Shown here piece by piece: positions 9,105 through 19,229 of a DNA stretch of 64,000 nucleotides. How positions within the stretch are numbered: the stretch's first letter is position 1; every line of letters starts with the position of its first letter. The notes under the pieces were generated by a model that saw only the letters and a list, made by a program, of their open reading frames with translations, was not told the DNA's origin and did no database searches. Source of the DNA: an uncultured delta proteobacterium (GTDB taxonomy: Bacteria > Myxococcota_A > Polyangia > Polyangiales > Polyangiaceae); assembly GCA_963782055.1 (NCBI GenBank), contig CAWAIF010000003.1, forward strand, positions 128,001 through 192,000, read 5' to 3'. A program made the position numbers and the translations under genes.

Positions 9105-11693
9105 TCACTTCCTCCAGTCGATCACCGCCCGGCGCGCGCGGGCGTCGTCGGCGTCCGGGCCGTCGTCGGCGTAGAAGAGGTCCGTCCCGGCGAGCGACAT
9201 CGCCACGTCGAGGGTGGGCGGCCCGTCCAGCGCGACGAGCGGCCGGCTGGTCGTGATGGCCGAGCCGATCTTCGCGGTGTCCAGCCAGAGCTCCTGCGGC
9301 GTGGAGCGCGCGACGACGGCGCGCAGCGCGTCCCGCTGCGACGCGTCCAGCACGACGGCCGTCGCGGTGCCGCGCGCGCCGAGAGGCAGCTTGACGGGCG
9401 GCCGCACCACCTTGCCCGAGGCGTCCACCATCGCCAGCATCGCGCCCTTCGCCTCGGCGCTCGCGGCGCCGGACCCGGCGTCCTCGATCCACGCGACGGC
9501 GTAGCGGTCGCCGGTCGCGGCCAGGCTGGGCGAGCGCGAGTGGGCCGCCGTCGAGAGCACCCGCGTCTCGCGCCCCGCCTTCTTGCCCTTCGCGTCGAGC
9601 GGGGCGACGTAGATGTCGGCGAAGCCGTCGCTCGGGCTCTCCCGCGGGTCCGCCCAGGCGAGCAGCGCCCCGGAGGGCGTGGCGACGACGGTCGTGCCCG
9701 TCGCGTCCCCGGGGGCATCGGTCACGCGCTCCTGGTGCGCCGGCCGCGCGAGGTTCCAGCCGACCTTCGCGGCGTAGACCTCCCCGTTGCCGTCGCGCCC
9801 GTCCACCCACGCGACGATGTACCCGCCGGCGGCGCGCGCCACGGCGACGTCCCCCGCGTCGCCCTTCGCCGTGGTGATCTGCACGTCGGAGCGCTTGCGC
9901 CCCTTCGAGTCCAGCCGCGCGAGGTGCACCTGCGGGTCGCCCGCGTCGCGCGCGACATAGGCCACCACAGCGCCGCCCTCCTCGTGGCTGGGCGCCATCG
10001 CCACGCCGCCGGCGGGGAGCGCGCGCGTGCTCAGCGGGGGCAGCTCCGTCGTCTTGCCCTGCTCCACGGACCAGGCGCGCAGCGTCGCGCCCTCCCCCTT
10101 GGGGTTGTCGGCGGTGGTGACCGCGGTGACGAGGTCGTGCGACCCCGCGTGGATGGCGGCGATGTCGGTGACCTCGCCCGTCGCGAAGGTGCCGAGGGCG
10201 GTCACGCGTGGTGCGTCGGGCGGCGGCGGTGGCACCAGCGGCGCGCGGTGCGTGCTCGCCCGCTCCCCCAGGTCCACCCGATACACCGGCGTCGGCAGGT
10301 CCGGCCCCGCGGCGAGGGCCTCGCACGCCTGCCCGCCCGCGCAGTCGAGGCTCCAGGCGAGGCTCACCGCGGGCCCGCCGGCGAGCGCCTCCGCCTGCGT
10401 CACCGCGAGATCCGGTCCCATGCGGACGAAGAGCGGCGCCGCGGGGCACGTCTCGGTCTTGCTTCCGAGGGCGCAGGCGCGGGCCATCGCGAGCAGGGCG
10501 AAGCCGTCCCCCGCGGGGCGCAGCTCGGGAGTGCCCGCGCCCGAGAGCTCCAGAGAGGTCTCCGCCGTCGCGCCGCGCTTCGCGTCGGGCACCAGCGCGA
10601 CGTGCACCGGGCGCATCTGCCGCTCCCGGTGCCGCGCGTCGTCCCACACCACCGCCGCAGCGCTCTTTCCGCCCGCCAGGTCGACGAGCTGCGAGCCCCC
10701 GCGCTCCGGCAGCAGATCCCGCGCGGGGACCACCTTGCCCGCCGCGTCCACGCCGGCGATCTGCACCTCCGGGTCGGCGCGCGATCGATCCGTCCAGGCG
10801 AAGACGAAGGCGTCGCCGGCGGGGGAAGCCACGCGCGCGACGTCCATGTCGGCGGCGGCGCTGCTCGCCACCGCCACCGGCTGCCCCGCGACGTGCCCGT
10901 CTTCGTCCACGCGCAGCCACCGCAGCGCGCCGTCGCGCCGCGAGATGCGCGCGCCTCCCGCGGGCGGCGGAGCGTGGCTCGCCGGGGGCTGGACGACCGC
11001 GAGGCCGGCGCCGCCCGACGCCGGCACGGCCTGCCACGCGGTCACCCCGCGCGCGACGCGGCTGGGCACGCCGCGCGCCCGCCCGGCCGGGTCGAGCGCG
11101 AGCGCCAGCACGCTCGTCTCGCCGCCCGCCGTCTCCTGCACCCACAGGCACACCGAACCGTGTGCCGTGGGCACCAGCTCCACCCATACGATCTCGTCGT
11201 TGGTCCGCGCGATCTCGCCCGGCAGGCCGAGCGCCTTGCCGTCGTCTCCCACGCCGAGCACGCTCAGCGACTCGCCCAGATCGGTGAGCGAGGTCCACGC
11301 GACGAGGTACGCGGGCTTGTCGCCGCCGCCGCGCCGCACCACCATCGCCCCCGTCTCCTGCGGCGCCTGGGCGACGACGCTCGGCTGGCCGATCATCGTG
11401 CCGTGGGCATCCAGCGCCACGGCCACGACCGGCCGGGGTCCCGACCCGGTGCCCTTCACGTACGCCACCAGCGCCCCCTTCTCGGCGCGCGCGAGCTCCG
11501 GACCGAGGACCTTGTTCTGCAGGCTCCCGACGAGCATGAGCGGCCCCCACACCCCCGCGTCGTCCGACGCGGCGGGGTGGAACGTCGTGAGGGGCTGGTG
11601 GTACGGGCTGAGCGGCTTGCCCCACTGCTTCGGGCCGCACGCGGCGGCGGCGAGGAGGCCGAGCACGACGGCAGCAGCGAGCGCGCGCCTCAT
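9105..11693 (-). CDS. large predicted lipoprotein with repeated beta-propeller-like blades
   Basis: MRRALAAAVVLGLLAAAAC lipobox; recurring 'vAWxD.R…xxYxAxLD' units. Confidence 0.8.
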   Translation of the reverse strand: MRRALAAAVVLGLLAAAACGPKQWGKPLSPYHQPLTTFHPAASDDAGVWGPLMLVGSLQNKVLGPELARAEKGALVAYVKGTGSGPRPVVAVALDAHGTMIGQPSVVAQAPQETGAMVVRRGGGDKPAYLVAWTSLTDLGESLSVLGVGDDGKALGLPGEIARTNDEIVWVELVPTAHGSVCLWVQETAGGETSVLALALDPAGRARGVPSRVARGVTAWQAVPASGGAGLAVVQPPASHAPPPAGGARISRRDGALRWLRVDEDGHVAGQPVAVASSAAADMDVARVASPAGDAFVFAWTDRSRADPEVQIAGVDAAGKVVPARDLLPERGGSQLVDLAGGKSAAAVVWDDARHRERQMRPVHVALVPDAKRGATAETSLELSGAGTPELRPAGDGFALLAMARACALGSKTETCPAAPLFVRMGPDLAVTQAEALAGGPAVSLAWSLDCAGGQACEALAAGPDLPTPVYRVDLGERASTHRAPLVPPPPPDAPRVTALGTFATGEVTDIAAIHAGSHDLVTAVTTADNPKGEGATLRAWSVEQGKTTELPPLSTRALPAGGVAMAPSHEEGGAVVAYVARDAGDPQVHLARLDSKGRKRSDVQITTAKGDAGDVAVARAAGGYIVAWVDGRDGNGEVYAAKVGWNLARPAHQERVTDAPGDATGTTVVATPSGALLAWADPRESPSDGFADIYVAPLDAKGKKAGRETRVLSTAAHSRSPSLAATGDRYAVAWIEDAGSGAASAEAKGAMLAMVDASGKVVRPPVKLPLGARGTATAVVLDASQRDALRAVVARSTPQELWLDTAKIGSAITTSRPLVALDGPPTLDVAMSLAGTDLFYADDGPDADDARARRAVIDWRK

Positions 11694-12079
11694 GTCGTCC
11701 CGACAGGATGGCTGGAGACCTCGATGCTGCCGGCGCCCGGCGTGTCCGGGTAGAGCCCGGGGCAGCACCCCATCGACTGCACGATGCGCACATCGGTCGC
11801 GAAGGTGCGGCCGGAGAGAGCCACCTCCACGTGGCAGATCCCGGTCGCCACCGGGTGAAAGGCGTAGGCGCTGCACGCGCCCGCGTCCCCCTTCGTGCAC
11901 GCGGGCGTGACGCCGTCGCACGCGTTGCCCGACAGCGCGACGCCGGTGACCTGCGCGACGAGGCTGTCGGGCACGGTCACCACCAGGCTGCCGTCGGTGC
12001 AGCGACACTCGGGCCCCTGGCTGCAGCCGCAAGGGAGCAGGAGCGCCATCGGGAGCACAACATCGAGGCAGGCTCGCAT
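11690..12079 (-). CDS. small Cys-rich predicted lipoprotein
   Basis: LLLPCGC lipobox-like, about 10 Cys; stop overlaps start of next gene (ATGA). Confidence 0.65.
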   Translation of the reverse strand: MRACLDVVLPMALLLPCGCSQGPECRCTDGSLVVTVPDSLVAQVTGVALSGNACDGVTPACTKGDAGACSAYAFHPVATGICHVEVALSGRTFATDVRIVQSMGCCPGLYPDTPGAGSIEVSSHPVGTT

Positions 12080-12174
12080 CTTCCTCACGAGGAGAGGGTT
12101 TAGCGCGCTCCTTGGCCGCTCGGAAGCGCCGCGTGGCTCTCCTGCCCGAAAGGTTTCGCGGTAGAGTCGTGGTC

Positions 12175-13290
12175 GTGTCGATGACGCCCATGGCCGAGCT
12201 CGCCGCCCTGCTCCGCCCCGCCGGCGGAGGCCTGTACGTGGTCTCCACCGGCCTCGCGGAGCAGCAGGCGATGCAGCGCACCCTCTACCGCGCCTCCGGC
12301 GAGGAGGAGGTGCAGGCCCGCTTCGCCGAGGCGCTGGGTCGCATCGCCGAGGCGCGGGTGGTGGTCCTGGGCGTCCCGTCGGACGTGGGCGCCGGCTACC
12401 TTCGCGGCGCCAACACCGGCCCGCAGGACATCCGCAAGGCCCTGCTGGAGTCGACCCCCGACTGGCCGGAGCGCGCTCGCGCCCGCGGCATCGTCGACAT
12501 CGGCGACGTCCGGGTGGTCCCGCAGCTCCTCCACGACGAGATGCTCTGCGCCGCGCAGATCGAGGCCTCCCGGCGGGCGCTCTACCCCGACGTCGACCCC
12601 GCCTCGCGCGCCGGGCTCCCCGTCTCCCCCCTCTCCATCGAGGAGCGCGTGCTCGACCGGGTCTTCGCCCTCAACCCGCGGGTGAAGCCCATCATCCTCG
12701 GCGGCGACCACTCCTGCGCCTGGCCGGTCACCGCGTCTCTCGCCCGCGCGCACCCGGGGCCCTGGGGCATCGTGCAGGTGGACGCCCACACCGATCTGCT
12801 CTCCGAGCGTCTGGGCGTTCGCTACTGCTTCGCGACGTGGTCGTACCACGCCAACGAGCTGCTCGGCCGCGGCGGCAAGCTCACGCAGGTCGGCATCCGC
12901 GCGACGCGCCACGAGCGCGGGCACTGGGAGGGCACGCTGGGCGTGCGGCAGTTCTGGGCGAAGGAGTGCCTCGAGGATCCCGCCGCGGCCCTGGACGCCA
13001 TCGTGGCGCACGTGAAGTCGACCGGCGTGCGCGGCGTCTACTTCTCCAACGACATCGACGGGACCGACGCGGCGTACGCCGACGCGACAGGAACGCCCGA
13101 GTCGGGGGGCCTCCGGCCGGACTTCGTGGTCGACCTCATCCGCCGTCTGGGGCGCGAGGTCGGGCTGATCGCCGGGGACGTGATGGAGGTCGCCCCGCCC
13201 GTCGCGCGAACCCCGGGCGGCGCGGCGACGACGCTCGCCACCGCGGTGCGCTACCTGCGAGAGACCATCGACGCCGTGCTCGCCGGGTGA
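12175..13290 (+). CDS. arginase/agmatinase (ureohydrolase) family protein
   Basis: GGDHS, DAHTD, GIR, SNDIDGTD, TGTPESGGL, DVMEVAP; start is GTG 12175 or ATG 12181. Confidence 0.9.
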   Translation: MSMTPMAELAALLRPAGGGLYVVSTGLAEQQAMQRTLYRASGEEEVQARFAEALGRIAEARVVVLGVPSDVGAGYLRGANTGPQDIRKALLESTPDWPERARARGIVDIGDVRVVPQLLHDEMLCAAQIEASRRALYPDVDPASRAGLPVSPLSIEERVLDRVFALNPRVKPIILGGDHSCAWPVTASLARAHPGPWGIVQVDAHTDLLSERLGVRYCFATWSYHANELLGRGGKLTQVGIRATRHERGHWEGTLGVRQFWAKECLEDPAAALDAIVAHVKSTGVRGVYFSNDIDGTDAAYADATGTPESGGLRPDFVVDLIRRLGREVGLIAGDVMEVAPPVARTPGGAATTLATAVRYLRETIDAVLAG

Positions 13291-13300
13291 CCGGCGGCGC

Positions 13301-13690
13301 TCAGGCGAAGTACGCCTTGACGCTCTTGTCCGTCAGGACGCGGAAGGAGCGCGCGTTCATGTACACGCCCGCGAGCGCCATGACGGCGTACCCCAGCAAG
13401 GAGAACGACCAGCTCCCGAAGAAGGAGACGACGAACCGGCCGGTGGCCAGCACGCCGAGCAGCGTCGAGAGGGCCGAGAGCACGACGAGCACCACGCGCG
13501 TCAGCGAGGACTTGCCAATGAGCAGCCGGCACACGGCAAAGGCGACGACGATGCTGAAGCCTGTCGACATGGCGGCGGCGATCATCGAGAAGAAGCCGAT
13601 CCCGTTCATGAGCAGCGTGGCGAGGCCCGTGAAGAGGGCGAAGCCGTACCAGGCGGTGGTGAGGTTCTGGATCTTCTCTTTGGCGGTCAT
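13301..13690 (-). CDS. small 4-TM membrane protein
   Basis: AAGGAGG RBS; four hydrophobic segments; ends LTDKSVKAYFA. Confidence 0.85.
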   Translation of the reverse strand: MTAKEKIQNLTTAWYGFALFTGLATLLMNGIGFFSMIAAAMSTGFSIVVAFAVCRLLIGKSSLTRVVLVVLSALSTLLGVLATGRFVVSFFGSWSFSLLGYAVMALAGVYMNARSFRVLTDKSVKAYFA

Positions 13691-13752
13691 CGCAGCCTCC
13701 TTGCCGTCGATCCTACGCCTCCGCCGGGCCGCTTCTTCCCGGAATCCGACCG

Positions 13753-14625
13753 TCAGGCGCGCAACAATTGCGCGAGGTGTGAGCGCTCCCAGGCGAGCGC
13801 CCGCTCGTGGTGGCGGAAGGTGGCCTCGCGCTCGCGGAACTCCGGTGGATGCAGCTTGCGCCGGCCCGAGCCGCGGGTGGCGGGCATCACGTGGTGGAGC
13901 ATCTCGTGGAAGAGCACGTAGGCGACGAAGTAGCGGGGCACCCAGCGGCGGTCGAGCACGGGGTGAATGCGGATCAGCCTGTCCTGGTAGTTGTAGCTCC
14001 CCAGCTTGATCGTCGCGCGCTTGGTGCCCGGGCGGGTGGTGCGCAGGCCCCAGGTGACCAGGGCGTTCACGTCGTTGTCGAAGTAGCGGTCGTTCAGGTC
14101 CTCGAAGAGGCCGTACAGGTCGTGGTGCTTGCCGCGGGTGACGAGGCGCAGGCGCCGCGAGCGGCGGGCGAGGCGCTGGACGTTGGCCTCGATGTAGTGG
14201 CTGATCAGCTCGCTCGCCTTGCGGTCCCCGTCCGCCACGTAGCGGACGAGGGCGTCCACCACGCGGGGGGGCGCATCCAGGAACATGTGGTGGAGGCGCG
14301 CGCGGACGATGCCCCGGTGCCGGCTGTGCGAGATGATCGCGTGCCGGTTGTCGGTGATGGAGACGGTGACCGGCCGGGGGAGGGCAGCGGTGAGCCTGCG
14401 CTCCAGCGACTGGCGCGCGCCCTCGTGGACGAACATGCGTGGGGTGCGTCCGGGGAAGACGGCGTGCGGCGCGTTCTCCGGCACGCGGATGGCGACGGCG
14501 CCCATCGGTCGCGCGAGGCCGCGGTAGCGCACCGTGCCTTCATGAGATCCCCATACGCGCAGTGCTCCCCCCCGGGCGTGCGAAGGGTGCGGCGAGAGCA
14601 AGGGAACGGTGCTCCGGGCGGCCAT
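13753..14625 (-). CDS. SprT-like zinc metalloprotease
   Basis: FEDLNDRYF…VTWG…LGSY…IRIHPVLD…YVLFHEMLH (HExxH)…HPPEF; GAAGAGAG RBS before ATG 14625, alternative start 14436. Confidence 0.85.
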   Translation of the reverse strand: MAARSTVPLLSPHPSHARGGALRVWGSHEGTVRYRGLARPMGAVAIRVPENAPHAVFPGRTPRMFVHEGARQSLERRLTAALPRPVTVSITDNRHAIISHSRHRGIVRARLHHMFLDAPPRVVDALVRYVADGDRKASELISHYIEANVQRLARRSRRLRLVTRGKHHDLYGLFEDLNDRYFDNDVNALVTWGLRTTRPGTKRATIKLGSYNYQDRLIRIHPVLDRRWVPRYFVAYVLFHEMLHHVMPATRGSGRRKLHPPEFREREATFRHHERALAWERSHLAQLLRA

Positions 14626-14706
14626 GGATGTCTCTCTTCATTGGGGGTATGGGATGGCTGGGACCTTGTCAAGGAACCAATTTATTCAGAGAAATCCTAC
14701 ATTTGT

Positions 14707-14774
14707 ATAGGTAGGAGCCCCGCCTTCAGGAGCGCCCGTGCGGGTGGGTTCAGGTGGGGCGTGCGCCTACCTAT
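14707..14774 (-). other. long imperfect stem-loop in the leader of the SprT-like gene (possible sRNA or attenuator)
   Basis: ATAGGTAGG(14707-15)/CCTACCTAT(14766-74) closing stem; inner GCCCCGCCT/AGGTGGGGC and GCCCG/CGGGT pairs. Confidence 0.6.
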
Positions 14775-14816
14775 CGAAGCCAGCCCGAAGGTCGTTGTGT
14801 CGACACCTCGCACCCC

Positions 14817-14845
14817 AGAATACTGAATGAATGACCAGTAGACAA
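14817..14845 (-). promoter_or_regulatory. sigma70-type promoter with SOS-box-like palindrome in the spacer
   Basis: Minus strand TTGTCT-17 bp-TATTCT; TACTG-N10-CAGTA at 14821-14840. Confidence 0.6.
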
Positions 14846-15007
14846 GCGTGCGGCGGGACGCGCCGGTCGCGCTTGAGCCGCCGCCGGCGATCGTCGAACT
14901 GGAAGCAAGCGTGCGGTGGGACGCCACGGCTGGGCCTGCCCGGAAGGCACCCCCACGGCCAGCCCCCACCCGCTCGCCGGATCGTCAGCAAGCTTGCGGT
15001 CGGACGC
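14843..15007. repeat. three 19-bp direct repeats CAAGC[GT]TGCGG[CT][GC]GGACGC
   Basis: Copies at 14843-14861, 14906-14924, 14989-15007; copies 2 and 3 are preceded by CGCCGG(C)GATCGTC. Confidence 0.8.
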
Positions 15008-15015
15008 GGGAGTTC

Positions 15016-15495
15016 TCAGCCCGGCGTGAGGAACTGGAGGGTCTTGGGGTCCACAATGAACCGCAGGCGCGCGGGGTGGCCGCGCTCGACGGAGAGGCCG
15101 ACCACCATCGCCTTGAGCATGTCGCTCCCGAGGCGGTCCCGCAGCAGCGTCTCGACGAGATCACCCAGGTCGGGCTGGTGGCCGACGAGCATCGTCCGCT
15201 TGCGACGCTCCTCCAGCAGGACATCCACCAGACCGAGCGAGTCGCCACCTGGCTTGAGCTCCCACCGCGTCTCCACCTCGGGCAGGCCGATGTCCTTGGC
15301 CACGAGCTCCGCCGTCTGCAGCGCGCGCACGAGCGGGCTGGTGACGATCGCGCGCGGCTGCTCACCGTGCTCGCGCAGGAAGGCGGCGACCGAAGTCACG
15401 CGATCGCGGCCGTGGGGGGTCAAGGCACGGTCGGAGTCGCGCCCGGTGGAGGCGAAATCCTCCGCCGGGCCATGGCGCATCACATAGAGCTTCAC
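15016..15495 (-). CDS. sixA: phosphohistidine phosphatase SixA family
   Basis: LYVMRHG, DSDRALT, TSPLVRALQTA, LVGHQP. Confidence 0.85.
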   Translation of the reverse strand: MKLYVMRHGPAEDFASTGRDSDRALTPHGRDRVTSVAAFLREHGEQPRAIVTSPLVRALQTAELVAKDIGLPEVETRWELKPGGDSLGLVDVLLEERRKRTMLVGHQPDLGDLVETLLRDRLGSDMLKAMVVGLSVERGHPARLRFIVDPKTLQFLTPG

Positions 15496-15561
15496 GTTCC
15501 ATGGATACACCACACCGCCGCCACGGCCCGCAAGAACCACACGTGAGCGGAGCCGTCTCGC

Positions 15562-15582
15562 GCCCGCCGCGTAGCGGTGGGC
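15562..15582 (-). terminator. GC-rich hairpin downstream of recA (possible terminator or stabiliser)
   Basis: GCCCGCCGC-GTA-GCGGTGGGC; no clear U-tract. Confidence 0.35.
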
Positions 15583-15616
15583 CCGCGTGGGGAGCGGCGC
15601 GCGCCGCCCCTCCGGA

Positions 15617-16747
<1,131 letters not shown>

Positions 16748-16826
16748 GGCAGGCTCCCTCGAGTAGCATCGACACCGCTCGCCGCGGGGCTTTGACCCCT
16801 GCGCGTCGGGGCGGCGATGAAGGGGC

Positions 16827-16854
16827 AGCATACTGCGTTTGTGTTCAGTATCAA
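16827..16854 (-). promoter_or_regulatory. recA promoter with LexA (SOS) box between -35 and -10
   Basis: Minus strand TTGATA-CTGAACACAAACGCAG-TATGCT; TACTG-N10-CAGTA at 16831-16850 with the GTTCAG half-site of the Myxococcus LexA consensus. Confidence 0.85.
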
Positions 16855-16882
16855 GCTTCTTCGCTCTGCTAGGCTTTTCCCC

Positions 16883-17992
16883 GTGAAGAGCGCCGCTCTC
16901 GCTCTTGTTCTCACGCTCGCCGTGGGGCTCGCCGCTGCGTGCGACGAGGACAAACCGCCGCCGCGCCGCGATCCTTCCCCCAAGGCGCTCGCCAGCGCGC
17001 TCGGCATCGCCGACGCCATGCCGCTCGTCGACCCGCCGCGGCCCGCGGGCGACCTCAAGGCGGACCTCGAGGGGTTTACCACCATCGACGCGTGCATGAA
17101 GCAGCACGCGAACCTGGACCCCGTCGTCGGCGACGCGCTCGGCGCCATCGGCTACGACACCTTCCTGCGTGACGCGTGCCGCGTGCTGGAGGCGGCGAAG
17201 ACGCGCGACCCGAAGAAGTGCGCGCTCATCGACGCGAGCGCCCTCCAGCGGCGGTGCGAGTCCATCGTCGCCATCGTCGCGGCGAAGCCGGACGGGTGCC
17301 CGCTCCGCGCGAAGCCGGAGCTCGGCCGCGACGGCTGGTGCCTGGCGGCGGCGCTCCGCAGCCCGGCGATGTGCGAGGCGGAGGAGCCGCGCCGGCGCGC
17401 CGCGTGCGAGGCGATGGTCGGGCGCGACGCGAAGAAGTGCGACGCGGTGGTGCTCGACGAGGAGAAGCCGGACTGCACGCGCGACGCGGCGCGGTTCGCG
17501 TCCATCATCGGCGACGGCGAGGCGAAGGTGACGAGCGTACCGAAGGGCGGTGGCTCGCTGGAGATCCATGGCGCCGAGGGCCGCGCGGACCCGGCCGAGA
17601 CGAAGGTGGACCTCGTGCTCGACGTGGGGGCGGGCCTCACGCTGGTGAAGGAGGCCAAGGGCGTGCGCGCGGCGTTCGGCGACTGGGGCGACCCCAGCCT
17701 CTCCCTGCACGCCGCCCCGCCGCTCTCCCGCGCGCGCTTCGGCGCGGTGCTGGGCCTCGCCGACGACGGCCCGGCGGAGGTGCGCGAGCTGGACCTCGGC
17801 GTGCCCGGCGCGGCGTTCATCGCGTGCCCCGCGGTGAAGTGCTCGGTGAAGGTCAGGGTGACGAAGCTGGACAGGACGCGCGGCGGGGCCGCCGAGCTCA
17901 CCATCGACGGCGAGGTGGGCGTCCCGCCGGAGGCCTTCAAGGTGCACGCCGACATCCACACCTTCGTCCGCGACATCGTCTTGCCCGAATGA
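16883..17992 (+). CDS. Cys-rich predicted lipoprotein
   Basis: LAVGLAAAC lipobox; repeated 'DP.KC.LI…C' helical Cys units, then beta-rich domain. Confidence 0.8.
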   Translation: MKSAALALVLTLAVGLAAACDEDKPPPRRDPSPKALASALGIADAMPLVDPPRPAGDLKADLEGFTTIDACMKQHANLDPVVGDALGAIGYDTFLRDACRVLEAAKTRDPKKCALIDASALQRRCESIVAIVAAKPDGCPLRAKPELGRDGWCLAAALRSPAMCEAEEPRRRAACEAMVGRDAKKCDAVVLDEEKPDCTRDAARFASIIGDGEAKVTSVPKGGGSLEIHGAEGRADPAETKVDLVLDVGAGLTLVKEAKGVRAAFGDWGDPSLSLHAAPPLSRARFGAVLGLADDGPAEVRELDLGVPGAAFIACPAVKCSVKVRVTKLDRTRGGAAELTIDGEVGVPPEAFKVHADIHTFVRDIVLPE

Positions 17993-18023
17993 CGGGGCGC
18001 GGTCCCGGCGTTATGCTGGGCGA

Positions 18024-18614
18024 ATGGTGCGCGCGTCGAGCGGGCTGGCCTGGATCGCGGCCACACTGGGTGCCGGCATGGCGCTGGCGGCGTGCGCCGA
18101 CATCCTCGGCATCGACGACGGCACGGCGCGCGCCGGAGATGCCTCGGTGCCCGACGCGCAGGGAGTGGACGCCGGCCCGGACGCGAAGAGGCCCTCCCTG
18201 GTGACCGGCATCGCGCCGCCGCCCTTCAGCCCCCTCGCCTGCGGCAGCGACACCTGCAACGCCGTCACGCAGGGGTGTTGCAGCCACGGTAGTGGGACCG
18301 ACGCCGCGGCCTTCACCTACGCGTGCGTCGACTTCGACGGCGGTGACTGCGAGGGCGGCCTGCTCTACCACTGCGACAGGCCGGACAACTGCGACCACCA
18401 GGGCAAGCCCGGCGACGTCTGCTGCGCCTTCGCCGGGGGGAGCGGCGTCGCGTACGACGTCGAGTGCGCCACGGCGGCGGAGTGCGAGGACTTCGACGCG
18501 AGCTACGCGACGCGCCTCTGCAACCCCGGCGACGACAGCCTCTGCCCGCCGGAGGCCGGCCTGAGCTGCCGGCCGAGCGTGCTGACGGTCATCGGCTACC
18601 CCATCTGCAAGTAG
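18024..18614 (+). CDS. Cys-rich lipoprotein (paralog A)
   Basis: LAACADILGIDDG lipobox; about 14 Cys in mature part. Confidence 0.85.
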   Translation: MVRASSGLAWIAATLGAGMALAACADILGIDDGTARAGDASVPDAQGVDAGPDAKRPSLVTGIAPPPFSPLACGSDTCNAVTQGCCSHGSGTDAAAFTYACVDFDGGDCEGGLLYHCDRPDNCDHQGKPGDVCCAFAGGSGVAYDVECATAAECEDFDASYATRLCNPGDDSLCPPEAGLSCRPSVLTVIGYPICK

Positions 18615-18631
18615 CCGGGTATCCTGGGAGG

Positions 18632-19225
18632 ATGGTGCGCCTCTCGGCCAGGGTCGTCTGGGTCGCCGCGATGATGGGGGCGGCGGCGGGCCTGATCGCC
18701 TGCGCGGACATCCTGGGCATCGACGACGGCACGCCCCGCGTGGAGGAGGACGCCTCCGTGGACGTGGTGCAGCCGGAGCAGGACGCCGTGGCGGCGGACG
18801 TGCCGCCGTCACAGGTCGTCGGCCCCCCCGCGCCGCCCTACAGCCCGCTCTCCTGCGGGAAGTTCTTCTGCAACGCCATCACGCAGGCGTGCTGCAGCCA
18901 CAAGAAGACCGTCCCGGAGGCCAGCCCGGTCTACTCGTACGACTGCATCGAGGACGACGGCGGGACGTGCAGCGGTCAGCTCGTCACGTGCGACCGCACG
19001 GAGAACTGCGAGGCGCAGGGCTACCCGGGGATGGTGTGCTGCGCCAGCACCACCGCGCCGCAGGGCCTCGTCTCGTGCACGCCGCCGGAGGAGTGCGACT
19101 ACCCCGAGGCGGGCCTGGCGTGGCGTCTCTGCGAGCCCGGCGACGACGAGCTCTGCGAGCCCGACTCCGGCAAGGCCTGCCTGCCGAGCAACTCGGCGGC
19201 GGTGGGCTGGCGCATCTGCAAGTAG
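18632..19225 (+). CDS. Cys-rich lipoprotein (paralog B)
   Basis: LIACADILGIDDG; same Cys spacing as paralog A; ends ICK. Confidence 0.85.
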   Translation: MVRLSARVVWVAAMMGAAAGLIACADILGIDDGTPRVEEDASVDVVQPEQDAVAADVPPSQVVGPPAPPYSPLSCGKFFCNAITQACCSHKKTVPEASPVYSYDCIEDDGGTCSGQLVTCDRTENCEAQGYPGMVCCASTTAPQGLVSCTPPEECDYPEAGLAWRLCEPGDDELCEPDSGKACLPSNSAAVGWRICK

Positions 19226-19229
19226 CGGC

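Noticed and set aside
14843..15007. CRISPR array
   Set aside because: Only three 19-bp repeats, unequal spacers (44 and 64 nt), and no cas genes in the window; kept as an unexplained repeat instead
14626..15015. Known RNAs (6S, SRP, Pxr, tRNA)
   Set aside because: No SRP domain IV motif, no cloverleaf, and none of the usual genomic contexts (zapA-ygfA for 6S; NtrC-type regulator and sigma54 promoter for Pxr); needs an Rfam search to exclude formally
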